A DNA stretch of 64,000 nt. It comes from Octopus vulgaris. Its lineage: Eukaryota. This document shows positions 42,010 through 55,829 of the stretch, piece by piece. The notes under the pieces are model-generated. The model had not been told where the DNA came from. It was given only the letters and a program-made list of their open reading frames with translations, and made no database searches. Every line of letters begins with the position of its first letter. The stretch's first letter is position 1. A program made the translations under genes and the position numbers. The stretch covers positions 154,690,001-154,754,000 of the forward strand of contig OX597816.1 of NCBI GenBank assembly GCA_951406725.2. Reading direction: 5' to 3'.

Positions 42010-42500
42010 CTTGCACATGCAAGTGCTACCAGTTAAAAGCTCCGTATATCGGAAGCTAGCAAGTGTATGGGGTCATCAGGAGAGAATGCGCGCCGTTTCG
42101 GGGCCTACCTCTCGACGGCATCAATGCGCACCGGCCCCCCTCACTGATATGAGGCCCCGCTTGCTAGATCAGCTGGTTATGATGAACTCAATATACTTCT
42201 AGCCATCGCTCATCGTCTCTTTTTAACCAAATCCAGTGGCTAGCCTTCTCCACTGTAGATTGGATATCAGTCATGGTGGTATTGACTTTACGATGAGTTA
42301 GGCCTAACGATAACAATAGTCGTCTCACGCTGTGTCCTACAAACCCTCTACATCCGACTTCGATAGGAAAATGTTCCGCTTTCCAGCCTGCGTCTTCATA
42401 TTCCTCGCGGAGGTTTTCATAACGGTTTAATTTTCGAGCTCGAGCGGCGTCCATATTATCTTCGTGAGGAACCGTTAGCTCGACTATATTTAAAACTTTC
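42010..42500 (-). mobile_element. HERO-like RLE non-LTR retrotransposon 3' end
   Basis: ELTVPHED...K..RY..L...EVGCRGF...SHWIWLKR. Confidence 0.85.
42073..42158 (-). ncRNA. Non-circularly permuted hammerhead-like motif in the LINE 3'UTR
   Basis: GGGGCCU...GCCGUC-GAGAG...AGGCCCC-GAAACGGC...CUCUC-CUGAUGA. Confidence 0.7.
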
Positions 42501-42881
42501 TTTCTTTCTTAAAGCATGAACATCGTAGTTCTTGTCTGTTTACTAATAAACATTATTTCTTTCTTCCCTTATTTAGTTCCTTATCATAAAAAATCTTTGC
42601 AGAATTTGTGCTTGATTTTGTGTTTTAATTCCCAGTTTATGCTCATTATTTTTGTTGCATTTTTGTTTATTTAGAAGCATAACATGGAACTGCATATATG
42701 AAATTTCTCTTTTGTAATAAAGATTTCTGAAGGCTATGTATTCCACCAAATTTTTTATCTTAACTTTCCTTGATTTTAATCCTACCTTCTTTCCGTAGTT
42801 CTTCTTCCCTAGCTATGCATCTTCCAAGATAAGTGAGTTTGGACAAATTCCCACAGCATAATTACTCCGTGATTTGTCATT

Positions 42882-43080
42882 TACAAAGGGTTGCTGAAAT
42901 GTTCCTGGTATCGCGAAATGCCTGGTTGAAGGCCCAAACTTCCGAGTTCTTTTACAGGGCTTAGGATCACTGCAATAAGTGTGTGAATCTGAGAGGGGAA
43001 TATGTTGCATAAAATCATAATTAACTAATCCTCCTGTATTTTTTTTACTCAAAGCCGGGAACTTTCCAGCACCTCCTCGT
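42882..43080. mobile_element. Mariner-type MITE (opposite orientation)
   Basis: Reverse complement homologue of 930-1149. Confidence 0.65.
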
Positions 43081-44222
43081 TTGTTTCTGGAGCATTTCCT
43101 ACTTGTTTTCTCCAATTGCAAAACTCACGAGTGGAGTGTCTAGTTGATTGTAATTATTGAAGTAAATAACTGTTTGTATTCTTTGACAAGACGACTTGAA
43201 TTTACTAATGGAGGCTAACAAAGTACTGTTCTCCCTGCTTGCAATGCTGACTTCAGTACGTAGCCACAAGTAAACTCAGTCATCGAAAACAGTGTCGTTA
43301 TTCTTGGAGATTCTTGGATGGGATACAACCATTAAACATACGTCTAGTAGGCCAACATTTCCAATTTGGCCGACCATGGATCTCGTGTCGTTATTTATGA
43401 ACGATTTCTTATATGTTACTCTTAAAAATGAATTATGGCAGATATAACCCGAGGTACAACGAACCTCTACTTTAAAAGAAAGAAATGGGTCGTGACAATC
43501 AAGGCTTTTAGAAGATCAATAGAACCAATTCAGTAAAGGGAATGAGTTTCAATGAAGACCCGAAATCAGAAATATTACATCGTTGAATATCGGTAAGCTA
43601 CCGACAATCTGAACCTGTGACCTGATATGAATCGTTTATTGCAACTTTACTTATTTGAACAACAATTTCATTTGGCTTATTTTTACTTTCATATTGAACG
43701 GTGAGACATGATTTCTATTCATTGGTGAAACCTTTCAATTCAGTTATGATTGACGTACAAATAACACGAATGTTACACGTTTTGATTTATATTCTCTTAT
43801 GTATTAGAGGGAAAAAAACAACTTTATTTGGACAAGAAATGAATTTTCATAAATTTACTACTTCCCCAAAGCAATTGGTGTAAGGGATCATAATCGATTT
43901 AAGTTAAATACGTTTTAGGGACAGCAAGCCACACTGACAAATGATTAACTGCGTACTGGGATAGGACAGTCAACTAGTCGCTTACATGTGTCAGGTGAAT
44001 ATATGTGATATATGTGAATATCTGAAATAATTTCGAATGAAAAATAAATTAAAACAAACACACAAAGCAGAATAAAAACGTATTTTGGATCAATATATTG
44101 AAAGCAACTGATATATTTCCTCACTTTTACAATTCCCATAGAGAGTTCAGTACATTTTCAGGGAAACTTTTTCACGAGGCAGTCAGTCTCTAACGTAAAC
44201 GTAAATCATTTATTGTTGTTGT

Positions 44223-44300
<78 letters not shown>

Positions 44301-44994
44301 CATTGCTGCAGAGGAGCATCGACTAAATGTACAGTATCTAGTTCTGTCATTCTCATTTTCAAGTTTAAAACTCACTGAATTAAACTCTACTATTCATTAC
44401 TCTTTTTAAAAATTAGTTTTATTCTCCTCCTTAAACAACTGATCTTATGTGCATAAAAAAGAAAAAAAAACAACAATAATATATGAGGAAATGAAAGCGG
44501 TCGGCAGAACCTGCACATCACTGGATAAAATAAAAGTGCTTTTTAATTATATTTCGTGTTCAAATCCGGCTACGGTCGTCGACCTAACCTTTTCAGTCAT
44601 ACACTGTGGCCAATTTGGTTGTACTCTGTTTCTGATATAGGCTACACGTATTGGTGTTACCTATGTCAGAAACCCTTAAAAGGAAAAATGTGGCTAGTGG
44701 AGCTGGTCGAGAAAATAGTACTGAACTAAAGGGATTGTGATATATGATATCATCTGTCTTGCATCTAAGTTCAAAATCAATGGTGTTTCATTTTCTTTTT
44801 TAACCTTCCCATGGCAGGTGAAATATAAGTACTGTCTGTACATTGGAATAACTACCTTGATTATACTATCAACAACAGGTCTTCACCTAAATATATCCTT
44901 ACAAGAGCTTTGTTGTTTACATCGACTCAGTCCTTATAATTTATATTTTAAAACTATATATTTATTCTATTGTTCCCTTTTGTTGAACAGCTAA

Positions 44995-45185
44995 GTTATG
45001 GGTACGTAAACAAGGCAACAGTTGTCAAGCGGTGGTGAAGGGATAAGTACAAAACACACACACATACACACACTTTCCTTTTTGTCTACAAAATCCACTG
45101 ACAAAGCCTTGGTCGGCCCAAGGTTATAGAAGACACGCAGTGAGATTGAACCCGGAACCTTGTGGCTGAGAAACAAACTTACAAA
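44995..45185 (-). mobile_element. Degenerate SINE (1405 family)
   Basis: ctaagttatggg...aaatccac...gaacccggaacc. Confidence 0.7.
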
Positions 45186-45484
45186 CTTATTAGTACATAA
45201 TCACGTCGGCCAGTAAATTATTGACCTTTTACAGGGCTGAAAATTAGATTGTTACAATGAAGAGGAACGAATGAATTGACATTAATGGTATTTTAATTGC
45301 ATTAGCAGATAAAACTGGCAAAAGTGTATTGTTACACCTTTTGTGGCAGAATCTGACATTTACGGCTTCTCGTTTTTGTGTATATTCTACAAATTGGTGA
45401 AATCTTATGAAATCTTAAGAAGGCCATTTTGATAATAAAAACGAGCACATTGATTCACTTCTTTTTCATTTTATATAACTTAGG

Positions 45485-46655
45485 TGCGATCTAGCAAAAG
45501 TGTTAGCACGTTGGACAAAATGTTTGGCGGCATTTCTTCTGGTTCTGTATGTTTTGAGTTCAAATGCTTCACCGTGTATCTTTTCGGGGACGGTAAAATA
45601 AGGTGCCAATCAAATACTGGAACAACGTAATCGACTTCTCTTGCCAAACTAAAATATTGATTTCAGAATTTGACACCAGGCCAGCAATTTAGGGTGAGGG
45701 GTAAGTCGATTACATCGACCCCAGTGCTCAACTGGTACTTATTTTATCGACCCCGAAAATAAGTGGCCACCCCTCGGTGGCATTTGAATTCAGAACATAA
45801 GGCGGACGAAATGTTGCTAAGCCTTTTTCCCGGCGTGTCATCGATCCTGCTAGCTCACCGCTTTCGGCCACATTAAAGTATTAGAAATAATTATTATTAG
45901 TTAACTAAGGTGGTAAGCTGGCAGAAACGTTAGAGCGTCGGAGAAAATGCTTAGCGGAATTTCTTCCGGTTCTGAGTTCAAATACCACCAGATCTACTTT
46001 GCTTTTCATCCTTCCAGGGTCGATAAAGTAGGTAACAATTGAGCACTAAGTTCGATGTAATCAATTATACCTCATCCACTAAAATTACTCGCCCGCGTCA
46101 AAATTAGAAAGAATTATTATTCTTTTCTACTCTAGGAACAAGGCCCGAAATCTTTGTGGAGCAGGACCAATCGAACCCAGTACGCAACTGGTACTTAATT
46201 TATCGACCCCGAAAGGATGAAAGAACATAAAGACAGACGAAATACCTATTTCTATTTCTTTACTACCCACAAGGGACTAAACACAGAGAGGACAAACAAG
46301 GACAGACAAACGGATTAAGTCGATTATATCGACTCCATTGCATAACTGGTACTTATTTAATCGACCCCGAAAGGATGAAAGGCAAAGTCGACCTTGGCGG
46401 AATTTGAACTCAGAACGTAACGGCAGACGAAATACCGCTAAGCATTTCGCCCGGCGTGCTAACGTTTCTGCCAGCTCGCCGCCTTAGAAAGAATTATTAT
46501 CAGTCAACTAAAATGGTGGTAGATTGTTGAGTTGTTAATGTGTTGGATTGAACGCTTTGCGATACTCGTTCCAACTTTTTGTGATCTGAGTTCAAATCCT
46601 GCTGAGGCCAACTGTGCCTTTCATCCTCTCTGGATCAATAGAATAAAGTACTAGT
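45485..46655. mobile_element. Cluster of about six nested tRNA-SINEs of one family
   Basis: Repeated GCTGGCAGAAACGTTAG...GAGTTCAAAT...GCCTTTCATCCTTTCGGGGTCGAT on both strands; 17-bp TSD at 46104 and 46484. Confidence 0.85.
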
Positions 46656-47357
46656 TGAACTGATAAATTTATAAATTAGAAGCCATAATTACTGATCAAC
46701 CAGTTAACAAGTCAACCACTTGATCAATCGTTCTACTAATCAATCAATCAATTAATTGTGGCTTGTCAGAGTTCTTTCGTCAGTGGCACGCCTTCAATGC
46801 TCCTTGACTGTTACGTTGCTTTTTTTATTGTCAGAATGGCTATCATCTTTCAAAAGAGGTTCGTGGATTCGAATTTGATCAGTTGTATCCAGACGTAGCA
46901 AAATAGCGCAAAACATTTAATTTGAAACTCTGCCGCTTCTGCCATATACTGCTCAATACGCATGTTGCTAAACTAATGATATTTCAATATTGAGGTGATG
47001 ATACATTGAGTAGGTGGCTAATGAAATCTCACTGTTTACTTCTTCATTTTCATTGATGAAAATGTAAATCATAGGTTACAGTTTCCAACGGCAAGTTAAT
47101 CACTTCTATTTCTAACGATAAGAGTAAAATAGAGATAGTAGAGAGGGAGAAAGAGAGAGAGAGAGAGAGAGAGGGGGAGAGAGGGAGGGGAGACAAAGTG
47201 AGGGAGAGAAAGAGAGGGAGAGAAAGAGAGGGAGAGAAAGAGAGGGAGAGAAAGAGAGGGAGAGAGAGTATCGGTAACTCGGTGTTGAACAAATAATTAA
47301 TGGGATTTCGTTCAAGATGCAGATTTTATATCCTTATCCAATGTACAACGGAAAAAG

Positions 47358-47431
<74 letters not shown>

Positions 47432-47517
47432 TGCTCCCGACAGGCATGCGTACATCTTCTAACATACAGAGTCCGCCAAAATATGTCACTTCAGGAAAGG
47501 AAAAAAATCTGTATTCT

Positions 47518-47868
47518 TTTATTCTTTTATCGGTTTCAGTCATTTGACTGCGACCATACTAGAGCACCGCCTTTAGTCGAACAAATCGACCCCACGACTT
47601 ATTCTTTGTAAGCCTAATACTTATTCTATCCGTCTCATTTGCCGAGCCACTAAGTTACGGGGACGTAAGCATACCAACATCAGTTGTCAAGTGGTGGTGG
47701 GGGACAAATACAAACACACAAACATATATATATATATATACAACGGGCTTCTCTCAGTATCCACTCACAAGGCTTTGGTCGGCTCGAGGCTATAGTAGAA
47801 GACACTTGCCCTAGGTGACACGCAATGAGACTGAACCCGGAACCATGTGATTGGGAAGCAAGCTTCTT
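47518..47868 (-). mobile_element. SINE (1405 family), body; its head resumes at 49581-49612
   Basis: Sequence continues after the insertion as ...cttcttcccacacagccacgcc. Confidence 0.85.
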
Positions 47869-49580
47869 TATTTCATGGAAATTGGCCATAAAGGCCTTAC
47901 ATAGAGCGGACAGCACAAGGTGGGGACAAATAAAATAAAATGAATGAAATGAAATTACACAATGAAAGATGAAATGAAGTCACTTGGCCCCACCTCCGGG
48001 CAACTTCATTGAACCCTTTGCAATACCATTTGATATTCCATTTGTAACCAACTTTTAAACTACAATTATTTACATTTTACAAGTAATCCTCATCTTTTTT
48101 TAAAATGTCTATATTGCACTTTTTTAAAATGTCCACATACCTTATACTTTCCGGCATTATACTGGAGCTTACTTTTTTGTACCACCACTCGCAGTCATGT
48201 TTTTCTATATACTCATATACCTTCCACAGGTTATCCAGGTCCGTCAGCACGCAATATTCGTTCTTGGGCAAACCCCTTACACCTGCTATATCCACCTTGG
48301 ATGATCTTTCCCACGAATTTACCTCGTTTACCAATTCCTTATTCTGCCAATTATACGCAAAACATATTTTTCCTTACAGGGCGGGGAGGTTCCTGTGTGC
48401 TTGTAATTATTTTTTGTCAGACAGGGCATGGGGAGGGTTGGTGTCTGCAGGGAGCGGTTGGGGAAGAGTGGGTGTAGGTGAGGGCCGGGTGGGTGTGGGT
48501 TGAGGGTAATGTTTTTTATGTGTGACTTTTTCCTCCTCTTCCTGCCCTTTTTCTCCACCATTTCCCAACTGGTATTTGATTCTTCCTCCTTCTCGACACT
48601 AGTGCCCGTCTTCTTCAGTGGTTCCCCCTCACTAACACTTACCATTCTTTTACTCTCCTCAGCCTTTTTCAGTGGAGGAGGGCATTCTGCTCTAATGTGC
48701 CCCTTCAGGTCACATTTATAGCATCATGGAATTCTGCCTTCCACTCTAACTTTCAAAGTCGTTTCACCCACTAAGATGCTTTCTACCATCTCTTCTAGGT
48801 CCTCCTCCGAGATCTATACCATCATTTCTAGGGTTTTACCTCTCCAATTCCTTTGGGGCGTTCTGGTGGCCTGCAGGACAACCACCTTCTCCTCCATGCT
48901 CAGCAGCACGGCAGCCACCGGCCAGGCTACATTTACTTCCGGTGGTATGTCCTCCACCCGAACCCTGGTAGTCTGTCTCCCAAAGTACGCGGGTAGCAGT
49001 ACTACATCATCCGTTTTCAACGGTGTGGCCGAGTACAGTTTAGCAGTTGCCATCTCTCTAAACCGCACCCCCACCGTTCCATATTTCCGTCCTCTGGCAA
49101 GGTAAGATATCTTCTGCCAGACTGGCCTTAACGCCTCCGACACCACTTCTGTCTTCCTTGTTGTCACCGAATACGTTCTGCAGAACATTGTTCTCTCTAC
49201 CTTATCTGTTAACACTTCTTTGGTGGTGGGGACACTTTCATATCGTTCCCTTCCCTTTCAAGCATTTCCTTGAACTTGCTTAGCTCCTCCAGACTTACGT
49301 CTTCAATCCTACCCTTTGCCGCTGCTGCATAATTCTTAGTGTCCATTTGCTTGTCAATTTTCTCCAAGCAATTCACCAATTCCTCCTCAGACAACTCAAT
49401 TTCCGAAGAAGAATTATTCATCCTTTCAAAACTCTTCACACGACGTCCCTCCATCACAAGAGGAAAAACATCGTATAGCCCCCCCCAAAAAAAACCCCAA
49501 AAAACAAAGAACAAGGAAAAACCAAAAAAAACTCGTCTATCCCGTACACAATCAACAAACCAAATGAATCCTGGGTAACC
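47869..49580 (-). mobile_element. ORF1-only (HAL1-like) non-autonomous retroelement
   Basis: 15-bp TSD GGAAGCAAGCTTCTT; decayed ORF with CYKCDLKGHIRAEC knuckle; AATAAA at the 3' end; no EN or RT. Confidence 0.75.
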
Positions 49581-51084
49581 GGAAGCAAGCTTCTTCCCAC
49601 ACAGCCACGCCTGATTAAATATTTACCTTGTATAAGTATCTTTATGAATATTGATACCTCTATCGATGCTTTATCAAATTCCGATAACACTGAATAAATT
49701 ACAATAACACTGAATTAAAATATTTACTTCGAAGGCCAGAATTTGTTATCTTAAGGAACTTTGGCTACTGTTTCTGACAGGTCAATCTTTTACGTAGAAG
49801 CTATTTTAGTTGTCGTTTAGCCCTGATTAAGTGACCTACGATAAAAGAAATTCCAATTTTGACCACCTTTTTCATCTCAAGGACTTGAGTCTCTCCCTTT
49901 TTAAAACGATAGAATGTATGATTTGAGGGAGTTTGGGCTGCTAATACTAGCAATTCGAACAGTCACGCAGAGGATACCTCATTTATCTTTCACTCTGTTA
50001 GTTCTCATTAAGCCCTAAGTTGGACATTTCCGACAGCGTCACACGAACTTATTTTACAAATTATATGAATGTATCATGTATTCATCTTTTTTTTCTCTCT
50101 CTCTTTTGCTCAATCCCTGTTCATATGTTCTTACACATAAGGCATGTTTAGCTCTTGTTCTCTCTTTCACTTCTATCCGTATCATTTGCTGACTTCTTAC
50201 TTTATCGATAGGCTTTACAGTTGATGTTTACCACATAATCACATAGGTTGTTCTGTTCTTAATAAGAAAGCACAAGTAACTTTATGAAAATATATTTAAG
50301 ATATTTCTTGAAAAGAAATGTGAAGTGGTTGATACCCAAAGGAGTTAACGGATACGTTCAACTGAAACGACTTAAGTCAGTTAAGAAAACAATCTTATAT
50401 TTAAAACGAAAGAATGAATTCGTGCTGAAGGCAGAATTTAAAAGCATTGGAAATTATATGTATACACCTGTTGTGTCAAAAGTTAGGTCTATGCTCTTTG
50501 CTTGAAGACTTTTTCACCTTCCACTTTACGAAATATTTGATATATAGCAGCAAACCGATAATATATATCCTCTTTTCTTGAATTTTACATTAAAATTATT
50601 GATTTTAAGACACGTACATGATAACATGTATCCACATACATAATATCTTGTATCCACGTAAATAATAACATGAAAACTGGATAGTCTGTAGAAGGTATTA
50701 GAATCAAACACTTAAGATCTGTAACCTTCAAGTAAAACTATAATATATACACAACATATAAAGATGCATAGATATGGAGAAAGAAGAGAGTGATCAATAC
50801 TAAGTTAGTTTTATGCATTTCATGTAAACACGTTCCAAATGCTGTGTGCATACATCACTCAATTTCTTGCGAGAATTAATTCTCAGTTTCAATTCATATC
50901 TTTCAACTTTCAACACACAAGCATGCCCGGTATTTCGGCGTAATTTCGCCTGTTCAGTTGATATCACTGCATCATTTGGAGCTAGGCCGGGACTTTTTCT
51001 CTTACATCTGTATAGTAAATTGTAAATAATATACGTACATGAATATACATATGTAACTATATTAATATATATGTATGTCACTAT

Positions 51085-52930
51085 TCAGCTTATCTTAAGA
51101 TTTCTTGCCAATAGAGAAAGAACCAATTTCTAACCTAGAACCAAGGCTCCTTCATTGGAATTTCATCATGTAGAACAGAGTATTTTTGTTTGTTTGTATG
51201 TATGTATGTATGTATGTATGTATGTATGTATGTATGTATGTATGTATGTATGTATGTATGTGTAGATTTGTATGTTTTATGTTTGTATTCTCATGCATAA
51301 GTTTCCATATCTAGACATGCTCATATATATTCAAATGATAAACTTCAGGAAAGTTGTACAGATTTTTAGAGTTCCAGTGGTGGATTGGATCTGTAGTCTT
51401 CAGATTAGCTTTCTCCTTCCTGGTTTTGAGAAGCTTAATTTCTCCAGATTGGTGTTTAGGTAGTGTGTTACATATCCCAGGGCCCCAATAATTACAGGTA
51501 TAAACCTGAACTCCTAATCTGGATAGAGTAACTGCAGATTTCTCAATAGTTCAGCATAGTTATTATCTTTTTCACTGGTCTTCAGCTTTATGTTAACATC
51601 CGCTGGGCAGCTAATTTCCACAACTGTGCACAGTTTCTCTTCTCTATCTTAAATGATTATATCAGGTCTGTTGTGCTTATATTTTACTGAGGTCTTCACT
51701 GGTACATTCCACCAGTATTCCTTTTTATTATGAGTGGCTATGTTTTCTACCATATTTTGGGTTCTTATTTCCTTGTCTGTAGGATTATACTTCAGACGGA
51801 TTTCATTATAGAGTGTACTTGCTACAACGTTAGGTTTCATCGGTAGATAATACCGTGATGACATTTTCGGACACCAGCTTGTGATGTAGGTGATATTTTC
51901 AGTGTGAACTCCACAAAGTCTGCATCGGTTGTCACACTTTAAGGCATTACCGGCATCTCTATCCCTTTTGTGCATCAGGTACTTGGTTGATATTTCCTGT
52001 TCCTGGATTGCAAACGCATACCCTTCAAAGTGGGAGGTAATAATCCGGCTATTGACCCATGATAAACTGCTTTAATGATCAATGTTACTATCATCACGGA
52101 GCTTTCTAGTAACATATCCCTGCATAGTCTTCTGCTCATATAGGCTCATCCTTTCATCTGATGATACGCTGCGGTAGAGTCGTGCGACTTCTTTGGGCAT
52201 GTATTCTAGGTTATTAGACAAAGAGTGTTACTCAAGGAGCTGCTTCCAAGTCTTATAATGTTATCAGCCTCATGTTTGCAAACTTAGTCAAGGGATGCAC
52301 TTCGACACTTGGTGGTTAAAAGATTTTGCCGAAGGGATATGATGCGACATTCAAACACATTTTTGATCAATGTTAAGCCATTTCCTCCTTGTTTTCGTTT
52401 CAGGTGGAGACGATCTACATCATTGTTTATGTGGAAATTATGTGCGGTTATTAGTAATTTTCAGGTTTTCACATCAATGGCTCGGATCTCATCTAGCATC
52501 CAAGCAAGCAGGCCAAATGTTGGTATGAGTACTGGCACTGCAAACACACCGTGGGCCACTGTTTTATTCGGCTGTAATATTCTTTAGTGACACTTGTTTT
52601 GTTACAGGTGCCACTGTAAGATATATATTCATCCACCCCTAGATACCTATAACATTCCTCGTCAGATACAGGGGAAACAGTCAAAACATTAATGGAGATG
52701 CTACTAGTCTGGTTTATAGTTTCCACCTTTTCACAACTATATAACAACATTTATCCTGACTAAACTCCAATCCTACATCCTTTGAGAATGTTGTAACTAG
52801 GTCAAGGCTCTTTTCCATCTCATGCGTATTCTTTGCATGAAGTTTTAAGTCATCATCCACAAAGAAACAGTTTGAAAATTTGGTATTCCTGTTTCCTGGT
52901 GAACCAGTGAGATATCCTTCAGACGTCCTT
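51085..52930 (-). mobile_element. R4/Dong-like RLE LINE, decayed
   Basis: FFVDDDLKL, YRYLG, CRLC...ITSWCPK, HNRPDII. Confidence 0.85.
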
Positions 52931-53830
52931 TACAGTTCTTACATCTGGATTTCTGCTTTTCATATTTGTATTTGTAAATATCTGTCTTCGAGTTTTTGTG
53001 TTAATGTAATGACCGGCATGTTTAATTTGACATGTACCACAGCATTTGTCATCGCAAATAGAAATTTTGAAATTTATTCGATGATATTTAGATCAAAATT
53101 CGCCGTTGTCAGTAATTGTTATCAAGTTTTTCAGTTATCGTTTGCCTTTAGCAAGCTGATAACTAAATTCATGAATTTCATCCCATTGTTTAATAATAAG
53201 TACATTTTATTTGATAACGTTAAAAGCATAATTATAATAATAACTACAAAAGGCACTACCGGTCTTGTATTCTTTTTTATTGGGTCTTCATTTTTCATGA
53301 TCTATACCATTTTATATATGTAAAGGGGAACTTCCCTTTTCAATGAAAATTTTTTGAGTTCTACGAGTATTTCTTTGATATTTGCATCATTAATAACTGT
53401 ACAAATTTTCCTGGTTAGACAGTACAGGATGTTACATTTTACACGTGCTGTTTGGTCTGATTTAAAGCTTAGGTATTGATGTGTGTCTGTATTTTTATAT
53501 GTATACACGTTGATCTTGGTGTTATTTTTAATAACAATTATGCTTAGAAATGGTAATTTTGTAGCGCTTACCTCCTTTGAAAATTTCAAGGTTTTCAAAG
53601 TAATAATTTTCAAGGGTGCTGAATCTTTTAAAGTAGTTACCGGTTTGGTTCAAATTAGAAAACAGTCATCAAGAAATCATTTCTATGAACCCTTTACATA
53701 TCTTCTAAGATCGCTACCTTAATTTTCCTTTACTTTTTGAAACTGTTTTTATCCCAAGTATTCCATTACTAAGTTCTCATACCCTGGAGTAAATTTGCTT
53801 CCCATAGTAGTTCCTCAAATCTTAGATAAT
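52930..53830 (-). mobile_element. Penelope-like element RT remnant
   Basis: GTTMGSKFTPGYENL, RFLDDCF, LPFL, TDTHQYLSF. Confidence 0.8.
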
Positions 53831-55063
53831 ATTTTCCTTATATGAAAATAAACAAGTCAACATACAAACGGATAGGTTCATAGGTTAAAAGAACAGACAA
53901 GCACACATTCGGAAATGGAGACTGAAACACATGACCATATATACGCACACACTTTACTCCACACAAGGACACATATGGCGACACGGGTCCACACATATAG
54001 AGATGCACATCCATACATACAAACATGGTACATAATTGCAAACCACACACACAGACATGCACACACAAGGAGACCGAGGTGCAAGGAGACCACATATACA
54101 AACACACGTTCACACACACATACATAGAAAATACACAAACACGGACATGCAAGCATATGAATATGCAGAATATATACATGCAGATGCACACACATGCATA
54201 CATATATACATATGCATACACACACATATATACATACACACACATGCAGACATACATACACACATACATACGTACATGCATGCATGCATAGGCACACACA
54301 CACACTGACCCACACACATGCGCACAAACAAACAAAAAGGAACGCAGTGTAAATAACGGACAGAGTCAAGACTATTGAAAAGGTTGCAAGACGCAAGGAA
54401 AATTTTAGGAAAATAAGAAATAAGTGGAAATTTTACCGGTGTGTGTGTTAAATTATAAGGCACAAAAAGAAAATGACTCCCCCCAGACACAACAAGAATA
54501 TATTGTTTTCAAGATTAAAACTGACAACGCTCATTATAAAATCCAGCGTAAATCTACTGAGAATCGCTCGCTATGTTTTTCGGCAGTTATTTTAAAATTA
54601 TGTGAAATATTCGAGTAGAGATCTGCTACATAAAAACTACCCGGCAACGAATTTAATTTTATTACTTTTTTAATACTTTTAGATAGATGAATCAGGGAAT
54701 TAATGTCCTCTTGGAAGACGATCGGTATGGATGTGTACACTGGTTTCAAAATAATGATGAACCTCAAACTTTGTTAAAACTACTAAGATTTACGCCTGCA
54801 AACAGTCAGCCATCAAGATGTGGAGGAGGCTTTTAAAGGATTCTCTCAATTAAAATAGTGAGGATGAGTGTAAATTATATATCTACCAAAAAAAAAAAAA
54901 AGAAAAAGGCCCAAAACAGGAAAAATCTGAATGGCTCCAAATGGAACTTTCAACGTAGATTTGCTCAATAAGGGCTGGTCTGGGCTTAGACATGATCATC
55001 GTCAATAAGAATTAGGTATTTTGAAGAATCACATGAAGATACCAAAGATATAACTTTATAGTA

Positions 55064-55310
55064 TTACGGAGATGTACTTGCATAGCAAGTGATTTGATCT
55101 GAGATCGTGTGCTGAAACGAAAACAATTGCAGCGTGGAAGGTGCTTGTAAGCCATTTAAGAAACACACAAAAAGCCGTTCGATTCACTTCAACATTTAAG
55201 TTTAATTTGTCAAAATATTTTCGTCGCTTTAAGACCGCGACCTGTTCGAAGTGAATCGAAAGGCTTTTGTGTGTTTCTTAAATGGCTTACAAACACCTTC
55301 CACGCTGCAA
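55064..55310 (-). mobile_element. Fold-back PLE-like terminus with truncated hammerhead-like motif
   Basis: ~63-bp inverted arms; GAACA-g-GUCGC..GCGAC-GAAAAUAUUUU; TSD-like AACTTTAT(A/G)GTA at 55052 and 55309. Confidence 0.6.
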
Positions 55311-55829
55311 CTTTATGGTAATAACAATAGGAAAGGAAAGATAAATTACATAACAGAAGTCAGTGATGTCTTGAATGAAAATACTATTGTTTTTTAAAGG
55401 GAAGATTTCTCGTATAATCTGTGAGTGATTGTGCAAGATAAGTTTAACGTTTGATTGTCACACAGATGCAACTTAAGTGTGTCAGAGCCCATGGGAATAC
55501 TAATGGAAACGATTTTGGGACGCAGATGTGAAATCACGTTCCAATGATGCTTGTATTTTCTAGTAACTGACCTCTACACTGAGATGCTGAACCGAAGAAA
55601 ATAAATTAGCAAGACACGCGTTAATAGTAGTGCGGTCAGCTGTTAAACTATTACAGTTAGAATTGAATATGTTAAATATTTGGTCGACTACGTGAAAAGG
55701 CACTGTTGGAGATAGGACAGAAACCTCAACCGCTGTGATCCGTCATGATACTCTATTAACTATTAGCACTTTGAATAATAATAATCATAACAACAACAGC
55801 AACTACAATAATAATAATAATAATAAAGC

